Virus record (IMG/VR): IMGVR_UViG_3300046115_000069
Coordinates: 1 to 52,244 of that record
From: a virus
Length of the DNA: 52,244 nucleotides
Reading direction: 5' to 3' (one strand)
This document shows, piece after piece, positions 23,861 through 32,321 of the stretch. A model generated the notes under the pieces. The model searched no databases, had not been told where the DNA came from, and worked only from the letters and a program-made list of their open reading frames with translations. The translations under genes were made by a program, and so were the position numbers. Within the stretch, counting starts at the first letter, position 1; every line of letters begins with the position of its first letter.

Positions 23861-23881
23861 GAGTATGACCCCCTCATACTC
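23861..23881 (+). terminator. Hairpin GAGTATGA-ccccc-TCATACTC
   Basis: 8-bp perfect stem immediately after the minihelix. No U-tract. Confidence 0.45.
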
Positions 23882-23905
23882 ATTGACATCAATAGGAGTG
23901 CTATC

Positions 23906-24190
23906 ATGGTACAGGACTCCACACGCACGTTGCCTGGGCCGATGACACGTGCGTACCACCATCACGTTGTCAAGGCTGATCTCTTTGAGATCAAGGCCAA
24001 CGCTCGACGTGAAGCCATCAAGAAGGTGATCATCCAACGTAACCCAAACGCATCGTCCGAGTGGGTGGAGAAGGAATGCTCGGCTGACCACTACTTCAAG
24101 GCGCACGTGGCGGCGCAGCAGTTCCACGTGCGGCAGGCCACGATGTATGGACTGGGCGCCATTCTGGAGGCTCTATCTTCCGAGGGGTAA
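23906..24190 (+). CDS. Hypothetical protein (94 aa)
   Basis: ATG 23906. The CTCCACACG motif lies at codons 4-7. Confidence 0.55.
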   Translation: MVQDSTRTLPGPMTRAYHHHVVKADLFEIKANARREAIKKVIIQRNPNASSEWVEKECSADHYFKAHVAAQQFHVRQATMYGLGAILEALSSEG

Positions 24191-24206
24191 ATATTTAATT
24201 GCCCTA

Positions 24207-24235
24207 GTGCTTTTCCATCGTGAGTCCTTTAGAAT
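24207..24235 (+). promoter_or_regulatory. Candidate promoter GTGCTT-N17-TAGAAT
   Basis: cccTAGTGCTTttccatcgtgagtccttTAGAAT in an AT-rich gap, 29 nt upstream of ATG 24265. Confidence 0.55.
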
Positions 24236-24264
24236 AAGATTACAAAGAAAAACAAGGGGACAAT

Positions 24265-25512
24265 ATGGAACTCACAACAGTCGAAGATTACATTGAAGCA
24301 AAGCTGACACACTCGATTCACACGTCAGGTCGTCGGTCCTTCAGAGGTTGTCGGCGTAGGTGGAATTGGATCTTCAACCAGTTCTACTACCCCACGGTGA
24401 CTGCCAAACCCTTGGAGTTCGGCGTCGCGGCCCACAAGGCGTGGGAGGCGATGTACGATCCCGACCAGTGGTACGATCGTGCGGCTTCGGCGGCGGTAGC
24501 TCTGGTAGTCTTCAAGAAGACTGTTGAGGCTCAGAGGGCAGCCTACCGCGACAAGCATGGTGAACTGAGTCTCGAAGAGGAACAGGACTACGACGAACGC
24601 GTCGAGCTCGGGCTTGGCATGATCAAGTACTACGGCAAGAAGTTCCTACCCTACGAACAGCTGACTCCCATCAAGGTCGAAGTCGCATTCGAGGTACCGA
24701 TCAAGCACAGCGATGGTCGTGAGCTCTGGTGCAAGTGCGACAACTGCTGGAACCGCTACATGGCGTTCTGGAAGGCTCGGATCGAAAGTGACCCGGAGCA
24801 GTCGTATGTCCCGCTTGCCATCTCTCACCACGCCTGGAAGGGTCTGCCGGTCACGTACGGCGGGCGCATCGACGTCCTGTTCGTGGACGAGTACGGCCGC
24901 ATCTGGATCGGTGACTGGAAGACAGCAGCGCAGCTCACCGCCGACGGCAAGGACCAGTTCCTCCTCCTGGATGATCAGATCACGTCGTACTGCTGGGCGT
25001 TGTGGACCCTCAACTTGGACATCGCAGGCTTCCTGTACATGGAGATCAAGAAGGGATTCCCGCAGGAGCCGGAGCCGCTTAAGAGGCCGTACCGCGGGTG
25101 TATCTACTCCACGTCGAAGAACAACGACTATGACTACGAGACGTATGTCAAGACGGTCGAGGAGAACGACCCCTTCGGTTACGTGAATGGCAACTACAAC
25201 AGCTACATTGAGTGGCTGCGCACCGAAGGCGTAGTCTACCACCGCCGGCACCAGATCGATCGCTCCGAAGCAGAGCTACAACTCGCCGGCGACAACATCT
25301 TCGAAGAGGCGGCCGACATGGTCGACCCCAATCTTCGTATCTACCCCTCCCCCGGACGTTTCAGCTGCAGCTTCTGTGCGTTCATCGATCCGTGCCTGGC
25401 TGCCAACAGGGGAGACCAAGTTCTGCCGCTTCTAGAAGTCATGTACGAGAAGCGGAAGTATCATTATTGGGAGACGAAGGAGCCATCAACGGAAGGTAAG
25501 GGTGGAGAGTAA
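24265..25512 (+). CDS. PD-(D/E)XK (RecB/Cas4-like) exonuclease
   Basis: GRIDVLFVDEYGRIWIGDWKT core. N-terminal RGCRRRW Cys plus a C-terminal CSFCAFIDPC cluster, as in Cas4-type Fe-S nucleases. Confidence 0.75.
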   Translation: MELTTVEDYIEAKLTHSIHTSGRRSFRGCRRRWNWIFNQFYYPTVTAKPLEFGVAAHKAWEAMYDPDQWYDRAASAAVALVVFKKTVEAQRAAYRDKHGELSLEEEQDYDERVELGLGMIKYYGKKFLPYEQLTPIKVEVAFEVPIKHSDGRELWCKCDNCWNRYMAFWKARIESDPEQSYVPLAISHHAWKGLPVTYGGRIDVLFVDEYGRIWIGDWKTAAQLTADGKDQFLLLDDQITSYCWALWTLNLDIAGFLYMEIKKGFPQEPEPLKRPYRGCIYSTSKNNDYDYETYVKTVEENDPFGYVNGNYNSYIEWLRTEGVVYHRRHQIDRSEAELQLAGDNIFEEAADMVDPNLRIYPSPGRFSCSFCAFIDPCLAANRGDQVLPLLEVMYEKRKYHYWETKEPSTEGKGGE

Positions 25513-25697
25513 TGACAGATGGTGAGTACGGGCTTACGGCAGACGACGCCTACAAGATGGAGCTAGAGGCCGAGGACAGGCAGCATGCTATCAAGGACCT
25601 CCTTGACAACTGGAAGCACGATCACAGCTTCATGTTCGTGAAGCCCGAGGACGACGAGGGTTGGACCATGTTGGTCCAACGGGTGTTGCAGGCGTGA
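25512..25697 (+). CDS. Hypothetical acidic protein (61 aa)
   Basis: TAATG coupled start. Confidence 0.55.
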   Translation: MTDGEYGLTADDAYKMELEAEDRQHAIKDLLDNWKHDHSFMFVKPEDDEGWTMLVQRVLQA

Positions 25698-25810
25698 ATA
25701 CGGCAGCGCTTGTCTGTAGCGTCAGCTGTCTCGTCGGCATGATCGTCTGCATAGGCTGGTTGGTAGCGCAGGCGAAAGCAGGAGTCCTGAAGGGTGACGA
25801 TGAGGCATGA
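25694..25810 (+). CDS. Small membrane protein (38 aa)
   Basis: GTGA overlap at the start and ATGA overlap at the end. Hydrophobic core AALVCSVSCLVGMIVCIGWLVA. Confidence 0.45.
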   Translation: MNTAALVCSVSCLVGMIVCIGWLVAQAKAGVLKGDDEA

Positions 25811-26607
25811 GCGTTCTCGATCAAACACTCAGCCCCAGAAGTTTGGGGGGCCTACCAATCAGGGCAGCTTCCTCAGCCAATCCGCATCTCAACATGCTGA
25901 TCTATGGCAGCTACGGCGCAGGCAAGACGCTACTCGCTGGCTCAGCGACTGAGGTGCCCGAGATGCGGAAGGTTCTAGCTCTCGACATCGAGGGTGGAAC
26001 CTTCACACTACAGCATCAGCACTCTGACGTGGACGTCATCCGGATCACCGACTGGAACCAGATGGCGGACATCTACAAGGAGTTGAAGGCAGGTCTCGCC
26101 AAGGAGTACCAAACGCTGATCGTCGACAGTCTGACGGAAGCACAGTACTTCAACATGGCAGAAATCATGAAGCAGCTCGTGGCCAACAAGCCGGAGCGCA
26201 ACGAGGATGTCCCCGACCTGCGAGAGTGGGGCATCAACCAGACGCAGATCAAGAGGTTCATTCGGGCCTTCCGCGATCTGCCTGTCACCGTCATCATGAC
26301 GGCACTGATGCAGGAGAAGAAGAATCCCCAAACGAGCGCCGTCAAGAAGGGGCCCGATCTTCCTGGCAAGCTCTCGTACCAGGTTCCTGCATTGTTCGAC
26401 GAGGTGTTCTTCCTCTACGTCAAGACGCTGACGTTCGCACAACTCGGTCGTGAAGGTGACGGCAAGGCAGAAGCGCGTCTGCTTCTCACCGGCGACACGG
26501 AGAACGCCGCAGGCAAAGACCGATCGGGCAAACTACCCAAGATCATGATCGAGCCCACGATGCAGAAGATCTGGGACAGAATGACGAAAGAGGACAACAA
26601 GTCATGA
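25807..26607 (+). CDS. RecA-fold AAA ATPase, Sak4-like (AAA_24 type)
   Basis: Walker A GSYGAGKT, Walker B LIVDSLTE. Followed by a DUF669-like gene, as in Sak4 modules. Confidence 0.7.
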   Translation: MSVLDQTLSPRSLGGLPIRAASSANPHLNMLIYGSYGAGKTLLAGSATEVPEMRKVLALDIEGGTFTLQHQHSDVDVIRITDWNQMADIYKELKAGLAKEYQTLIVDSLTEAQYFNMAEIMKQLVANKPERNEDVPDLREWGINQTQIKRFIRAFRDLPVTVIMTALMQEKKNPQTSAVKKGPDLPGKLSYQVPALFDEVFFLYVKTLTFAQLGREGDGKAEARLLLTGDTENAAGKDRSGKLPKIMIEPTMQKIWDRMTKEDNKS

Positions 26608-27236
26608 CTGACATGGACAACTACGACAGCGACGCGTACGTCGGCGACGAGTTCGGTGCGGATGGTGACGGCGGCTGGGACGAGGCCGAGGGCTTCACCG
26701 TTAACATGTCGGAGAAGGAGGCCGGCTCCGAGGTCCGCGTGTTCCAGGTGGCGCCGGCCGGCTTCTACCGTGTGAAGGTCGACGAGGTGGATCTGGAGGA
26801 GGTGAAGGGCGGCAAGAACAAGGGCAAGCCCATGTTCAACTTCAAGCTCATCGTCATCGACGGTGACTTCGTCGGCCGGGCCTTCTACAACCGCATCTGC
26901 CTCTTCGATGGCGCCCTGTACACGATCTCCCAGGCCATGAAGGCTCAGGGCCTTCCGGTCAACGAGGGCAACCTCCGCATCCCGCCGGCGAAGTGGTGGC
27001 AGGGCAAGGAGATGCTCGCGCAGGTCAAGGTCGTCAACAAGCAGGTCAAGGGCGACGAAGGCACCTACGTCAACGAGACCGACGAGAATGGCAAGCTTAT
27101 CAAGACCAACGACGTCGGCGGCTACAAGGCGACGCCGACGGACTGGGACCCGACCAAGATGAGCCCGAAGAAGCCTGGCACGAAGGGCGCGGCGGAGCAG
27201 GCGGCGAAGAACGCCGTCGACACCCTCGCTCCGTAA
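26604..27236 (+). CDS. DUF669-like protein (putative ssDNA-binding partner of Sak4)
   Basis: ATGA overlap with the ATPase. Acidic N-terminus then a beta-rich core. The assignment rests on synteny and general resemblance. Confidence 0.5.
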   Translation: MTDMDNYDSDAYVGDEFGADGDGGWDEAEGFTVNMSEKEAGSEVRVFQVAPAGFYRVKVDEVDLEEVKGGKNKGKPMFNFKLIVIDGDFVGRAFYNRICLFDGALYTISQAMKAQGLPVNEGNLRIPPAKWWQGKEMLAQVKVVNKQVKGDEGTYVNETDENGKLIKTNDVGGYKATPTDWDPTKMSPKKPGTKGAAEQAAKNAVDTLAP

Positions 27237-27242
27237 CAAGTT

Positions 27243-27271
27243 GGAGGTGCCTGCTAACGACAGGCACCTCC
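27243..27271 (+). terminator. Strong hairpin GGAGGTGCCTG-ctaacga-CAGGCACCTCC
   Basis: 11-bp perfect stem 7 nt after the stop of 26604-27236. Confidence 0.7.
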
Positions 27272-27274
27272 CCT

Positions 27275-27349
27275 GGGGGTAATTGGGAATGGCCGCGCCG
27301 GGAAAGTCAATCGGCGGTCTGTAGCGGAGTTCGAGTCTTCGCACCCTCA
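27275..27349 (+). ncRNA. Non-canonical tRNA-like element
   Basis: Acceptor GGGGGT(a)/(c)ACCCTC is 6 of 7 paired. T-arm CGGAG-TTCGAGT-CTTCG. An internal stem CGCCG/CGGCG closes a 9-11-nt loop. No canonical D arm. Confidence 0.4.
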
Positions 27350-27380
27350 CGTACAACAAGTGAAGAGAGGGGGTGAATGC

Positions 27381-29573
27381 ATGACTACTCCGGACGCTTT
27401 GAGGGCTTTCTTTCAAACAACATTCGGCAAGAGTCAAGGAGTCCTTGGCTTTGCTGTGATGTCGATCGACAAGAAGGAATTCAAGGAGTACTTCTTCGAC
27501 TGGCCTCGGGACATGAACGAGATCATTCGTTGGGTCGACCTGAAACGCATTGAGTACAATGTGTACTTCTGTCCCCAGTTGTTGGAAAGCCGAGAGCGTA
27601 CCAAGGATAATGTCAAGGCATGCACTAACATTTGGGCAGACTTGGACGCATGTAGTCCCGACAAGCTGCTCATGGAACCAACGTTCAGCATCGAGTCTTC
27701 GCCAGGACGTTATCAAGCCCTGTGGTGCTTGGACGATCCGGTGGACCCGCTGACCGCGCAGGACCTCGCGATGCGAATCGCGTACTACCATGCAGGTCAA
27801 GGCGCTGACCGAAGCGGATGGGATCTCACACAGCTGCTGCGAGTGCCTTCCACCTTCAACTACAAGTACTCACCCCACAGTTTCGAAGCGCCCCAAGTAA
27901 CCGTTCTAAAAGTTAACAAGGTCAAGTTTCACCTTTCAGACTTTGAAGTGTACCCTCCAGTCAAAGGGACCAAAGAGCTTACACTGCCACTACCCGAAGC
28001 AGGAGAGCTTCCGGACGAAGAACCACTAGACATCATGCAACGTAACCGGTACCGTTTGAACCCTCACGCATTCGGTTTGTTCTCCCAGGAACCAGCAACC
28101 AAGAGCTGGTCGGAAGCATTGTGGCGCCTTCTTATGTTCTGCTTTGAGGCAGGATTTACTAGGGAGGAAGTGTACGTTGTCGCAAACAAGTCAGCATGCA
28201 ACAAGTACTCACGTGACGGTAAGCCATCGACGTACCTCTGGCGCGATGTCTGTAGAGCCTTCCTTCGACACCACGAGAACATCAACTCAATCGTCACAAG
28301 TTCTGAACAAGAAGCAATCATTGACGATGGGGAGATCAAAGACCTTGCGGCCAACGATACCTTCGTGGAGCAATATATTCGATGGGCTTCGAGCGTTGGT
28401 GATGCAGCCACGCAGTACCATCAGGCAGGAGCCTTTGTTATCTTGTCTAGTATACTGTGCGGTAGCATTCGAGTGCCTACTTCTTTCGGTGCTATCATCC
28501 CGAATCTTTGGTTTATGATCCTTGCTGACACCACCCTCACCAGGAAGACCACCGCGATGGACATGGCGATGGACATGGTGTTGGAAGTCGACGAGGATGT
28601 GCTCCTAGCTACGGATGGAACCATTGAGGGCATGATGCGTTCCATGATGATGCGACCGGGGAAGCCTTCGGTGTTCCTGAGAGATGAGTTCACTGGACTC
28701 ATGGAACAGATCACCAAGAAGGACTACATGGCAGGCACAGCTGAGCTCCTGACGAAGCTGTACGACGGCAAGCCGCAGAAGCGTGTCCTATCGAAGGAGG
28801 TGATCGATGTTAGGAGGCCGCGCCTAGTTCTCTTTGCTGGAGGCATCAAGGATCGAATGCAGTCACTGTTGACGTATGAACACGTGAGCTCAGGCTTCAT
28901 GCCTCGCTTCATCTTCATCACTGCTGAGTCGCAACCTAGCAAGGTGCAGCCTCTCGGGCCTCCATCCATTCGAAACATGGGTGAGAGGGACTTCATTCAG
29001 GGACGCGTTCGAGCAATCTACGAACATTACAATCGTGACACGACCTTGACTCTGAAGGAACAGAACCTCACAGCAACAACGACAATGCAGTGGGACACGG
29101 AGTTGACTCCCGACGCATGGGCACGTTATGGTAAGTTCGAGAAGGCCATGACTATTGCAGGGACCAGCTCCGAGAGAGCCGACCTCATGGTGCCTACGTA
29201 TACGCGTCTGACGATCTCAGGTCTCAAGGCGGCAGCGCTGCTAGCCGCCAGCCGCAAGTTCGCTGACGAGAAGGTTGTTATCGAGGAGGGAGACATCGTC
29301 CGTGCCATCAAGTACGTTTCTGAGTGGCGCGAGTACGGGAACAACGTACTCAACGGCATTGGCAGGACAACGCTTGAGAAGGACTTGGAAAAGGTGCTGG
29401 GATCCATCGTTCGTAATCCGGGAATTACCCGATCGAAATTGATGCAGAACCACCACCTCACATCACGTACTGCTGATGCAACATTTTCCACCCTCGAACA
29501 ACGAGGACTCATTACGCGGACGCGTAGTGGTACTGCCCAAACGTTCTACCCAATCTTGGCAGGAGTAGTATGA
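27381..29573 (+). CDS. DNA primase (RepB'/prim-pol-like N-terminus) fused to a DUF3987-type helicase-like domain and a C-terminal wHTH
   Basis: GAGAGGGGGTG RBS. VYFCPQL...NIWADLDAC...IESSPGRYQALWCL...LLRVPSTFNYKY resembles plasmid/phage RepB-type primases. 730 aa. Confidence 0.6.
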   Translation: MTTPDALRAFFQTTFGKSQGVLGFAVMSIDKKEFKEYFFDWPRDMNEIIRWVDLKRIEYNVYFCPQLLESRERTKDNVKACTNIWADLDACSPDKLLMEPTFSIESSPGRYQALWCLDDPVDPLTAQDLAMRIAYYHAGQGADRSGWDLTQLLRVPSTFNYKYSPHSFEAPQVTVLKVNKVKFHLSDFEVYPPVKGTKELTLPLPEAGELPDEEPLDIMQRNRYRLNPHAFGLFSQEPATKSWSEALWRLLMFCFEAGFTREEVYVVANKSACNKYSRDGKPSTYLWRDVCRAFLRHHENINSIVTSSEQEAIIDDGEIKDLAANDTFVEQYIRWASSVGDAATQYHQAGAFVILSSILCGSIRVPTSFGAIIPNLWFMILADTTLTRKTTAMDMAMDMVLEVDEDVLLATDGTIEGMMRSMMMRPGKPSVFLRDEFTGLMEQITKKDYMAGTAELLTKLYDGKPQKRVLSKEVIDVRRPRLVLFAGGIKDRMQSLLTYEHVSSGFMPRFIFITAESQPSKVQPLGPPSIRNMGERDFIQGRVRAIYEHYNRDTTLTLKEQNLTATTTMQWDTELTPDAWARYGKFEKAMTIAGTSSERADLMVPTYTRLTISGLKAAALLAASRKFADEKVVIEEGDIVRAIKYVSEWREYGNNVLNGIGRTTLEKDLEKVLGSIVRNPGITRSKLMQNHHLTSRTADATFSTLEQRGLITRTRSGTAQTFYPILAGVV

Positions 29574-30520
29574 GCACCGAATTCATCGACCTTCCCAAGC
29601 CTACTGCAGGCGCCTTCGATCCGTTGAAGTACCACGACAGCTGCGCAATCGTCAGCGGTGGGATGGACAGCGTGACGCTGGTCTACGACATGGTCAGCCG
29701 CGGCATGAAGCCACACCTTCTGTCCTTCAACTACGGACAGCGGCACAAGAAGGAGCTAGCGTTCGCGCACATTGCCGCGAAGACCTTTGGCCTACGACAC
29801 GACATCATCGACCTCAGTAGTCTGACGGGGCTCATCAGCAACTCGGCCCTCACCTCCGATGTCGCTCGACACACCAAGCCTATGGCGGCACAGGAGTGGT
29901 CGGCCGGCAAGGAAGCCGGGTGGGTCAGCACGCCGCACATCGAGGTGCCTGAGGGACACTACGCCGCTGACAACATGGCGCTGACGGTTGTTCCCAATCG
30001 GAACATGATGATGCTCAGCATCGCTGGGGCCGTCGCAGTCAACTACGGCTACAGCCAGATCGGCACGGGAGTCCACACCGGCGACCACTACCAGTACCCG
30101 GACTGCCGTCCAGACTTCGTCTACGCTGTTGGGCGCACCTTGAAGAAGGGCAACGAAGGCTTCCACAAGTTCTTCCTCGATGAGGACCTACGCGACGAGC
30201 TTCGAAGCACCAAGAAGGTCCTCGGCCAGGACATTCAGGGCGACGAGGGCATCCTACCCATCCTGGCGCCCTACCTAGAAGCGTCCAAGCAGGACATCGC
30301 CGTTCGTGGCTTCGAGCTGGGCGTGCCGTGGCACCTCACCTGGTCGTGCTACAAAGGCGAAACGAACCACTGCGGACGGTGTGGCACCTGCGTCGAACGT
30401 CTCGAGGCGATCGCCGGTGCCCAGAAGGTCATGGTCGAACGGTACCCCGCTACTGCCAACGTGTGGGCTGACTATACCGTCTACGACGACAGTGAGTACT
30501 GGAAGGTCGTGACCAAGTAA
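29570..30520 (+). CDS. queC: 7-cyano-7-deazaguanine (preQ0) synthase QueC, with insertions
   Basis: SGGMDSVTL PP-loop, FNYGQRHKKE, and C-terminal Zn site CYKGETNHCGRCGTCVERLEA. At 316 aa it is longer than a typical QueC. Confidence 0.9.
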   Translation: MSTEFIDLPKPTAGAFDPLKYHDSCAIVSGGMDSVTLVYDMVSRGMKPHLLSFNYGQRHKKELAFAHIAAKTFGLRHDIIDLSSLTGLISNSALTSDVARHTKPMAAQEWSAGKEAGWVSTPHIEVPEGHYAADNMALTVVPNRNMMMLSIAGAVAVNYGYSQIGTGVHTGDHYQYPDCRPDFVYAVGRTLKKGNEGFHKFFLDEDLRDELRSTKKVLGQDIQGDEGILPILAPYLEASKQDIAVRGFELGVPWHLTWSCYKGETNHCGRCGTCVERLEAIAGAQKVMVERYPATANVWADYTVYDDSEYWKVVTK

Positions 30521-30708
30521 TGGGCGGCGACGTCTTCTACCCCGTTCCGTCCGACGACAATATGTCGGACCAGGAGATTCGATTGGAGGCCGCTCAGATC
30601 GTTGCACAGGTTTGGCAGGGCTCCAACGCGACGTTCGACGACCATGGCGACCCCGCCCTCATCGACGAGATGAAGCGCGTCGCGCAGTACATCCGGGAGG
30701 GGAACTGA
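30520..30708 (+). CDS. Hypothetical protein embedded in the deazaguanine cluster (62 aa)
   Basis: TAATG coupling to queC and TGATG coupling to queD. Confidence 0.55.
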   Translation: MGGDVFYPVPSDDNMSDQEIRLEAAQIVAQVWQGSNATFDDHGDPALIDEMKRVAQYIREGN

Positions 30709-31094
30709 TGTTCCGCATCGCCAAGGTGTTCGAGTTTGAGGCATCGCACCAGCTGCATGGTCTGCCGGAAGAGCACCAGTGTGGCCGACTCCACGGACAC
30801 AGCTACAAGATCGAGCTGACGTTCGTCGGCAGCGTCCTAACCGATGAGGGGTGGCTGTTCGACTTCGGACAGATGAAGACCTTCAAGCAATTCGTCGACG
30901 AGCGACTCGACCACCGGCACCTGAACGATGAGATGGCACAGCCGACGTCGGAGAACCTGGCACGGTTCCTATACGACACGGCCAGTGACATGCTCTACAG
31001 CAACGCCTTTGGTCTCGTGGCCGACGAGGTCTACCTGGAGAAGGTCCGCGTCAGCGAGACGGCGAAGACCTACGCGGAATACTTTGGGGTGTGA
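30708..31094 (+). CDS. queD: 6-carboxy-5,6,7,8-tetrahydropterin synthase QueD
   Basis: FEFEASHQLHGLPEEHQCGRLHGHSYKIEL. Confidence 0.9.
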   Translation: MFRIAKVFEFEASHQLHGLPEEHQCGRLHGHSYKIELTFVGSVLTDEGWLFDFGQMKTFKQFVDERLDHRHLNDEMAQPTSENLARFLYDTASDMLYSNAFGLVADEVYLEKVRVSETAKTYAEYFGV

Positions 31095-31095
31095 C

Positions 31096-31833
31096 ATGCT
31101 ACGTGTGAACGAGATCTTCGGCCCAACGATCCAAGGTGAAGGCACTACTGCCGGACGGCACTGCCTCTTCGTTCGCGTCGCCGACTGCAACCTCGAGTGC
31201 AAGTGGTGTGACACGCCGTACACCTGGGCCTTCACCAAGGAGAAGGCTGCGAAGCATGACTCAGGCACTCGCCACGACAAGCTGCTGAACTCGATTGAGA
31301 TGTCAACAGCTGACATCATGGACGCGCTACTCGAGAACTGGATGATCTACTCACAGCCGACAATCGTCGTCATCTCGGGCGGCGAGCCCCTGATGCAGCA
31401 GCCAGGTCTGGCCGAGTTGCTACAGGAGCTCAAGGAGCTCAAGCACGAGACACACATCGAGACGGCTGGCACCATTCAGCCGTCGGAGATCCTCGATCAG
31501 CACGTCACACAGTACAACGTTTCGCCCAAGCTGACGAACAGCGGCAACCGCCTTGCGAAGCGGTACAAGCAGGACGTCCTGAACTGGTTCTCGGACAGCG
31601 TCAAGGCCTGGTTCAAGTTCGTCGTGACGCATCCGGAGGACCTTGACGAGGTTCGTGACATCGTCAACATGTCGGAGATCGATCCTCGACGAGTCATGGT
31701 CATGCCTGAGGGTACTACCATCGACAGGAACGTTGAGGTCGGCCGGAAGGTCATCGATGAAGCCTTGCAGCTTGGCTACGGCTTGAGCTTCAGGTCGCAC
31801 GTGCTGTTGTGGGGTGACGGGCGTGGCAAGTGA
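31096..31833 (+). CDS. queE: 7-carboxy-7-deazaguanine synthase QueE (radical SAM)
   Basis: EIFGPTIQGEGTTAGRHCLFVRVADCNLECKWCDTPYTW. Confidence 0.9.
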   Translation: MLRVNEIFGPTIQGEGTTAGRHCLFVRVADCNLECKWCDTPYTWAFTKEKAAKHDSGTRHDKLLNSIEMSTADIMDALLENWMIYSQPTIVVISGGEPLMQQPGLAELLQELKELKHETHIETAGTIQPSEILDQHVTQYNVSPKLTNSGNRLAKRYKQDVLNWFSDSVKAWFKFVVTHPEDLDEVRDIVNMSEIDPRRVMVMPEGTTIDRNVEVGRKVIDEALQLGYGLSFRSHVLLWGDGRGK

Positions 31834-31879
31834 TCGTCATGAGCACGACGGCTTTGCAGGGCACAACTCCACACGGGCA

Positions 31880-32266
31880 TTGAATCCCTCGTTTGGCAAC
31901 GCACGGACGAAGCTGCAGCTGGAGAACCAGCTTCGACAGTTCAGCCCTGACTGGTGGCTCAAGCAGACGCCACCTAAGGGTGCGCGCAACGCGTACCACT
32001 GCAGCACGTGTGGTCAGTACATCGTCACGATCGACATGGACAAAGGCACGACGCCTATTCGGATGGGCTGCAAGGCGACCGAGGGCTGCAACGGTGCGTC
32101 GGTATCGTCAGGCTATCCGCCAGAGCCGATGCCAGCGGAGCTCGAGTCCTGCCGAGTGTTCGAGTGGTATCGCCCGGAGGCTAGTGCCTTGGGGCTATTC
32201 CACGAGGACCAGCTCGTCGACGAGTACATCCGTGCTGGCGGTCTACTACTAAGGGAGCGCGAATGA
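31880..32266 (+). CDS. Hypothetical Zn-ribbon protein embedded in the deazaguanine cluster
   Basis: ORF open from 31814 (GTG). TTG 31880 follows the CTCCACACGG motif. CSTCGQY...CKATEGC. Start uncertain. Confidence 0.5.
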   Translation: MNPSFGNARTKLQLENQLRQFSPDWWLKQTPPKGARNAYHCSTCGQYIVTIDMDKGTTPIRMGCKATEGCNGASVSSGYPPEPMPAELESCRVFEWYRPEASALGLFHEDQLVDEYIRAGGLLLRERE

Positions 32267-32321
32267 AGTACCTCTGGTATAGTATCAAGTTCGCCTGGGA
32301 CGTGAATAGGAGGGCACTGGT

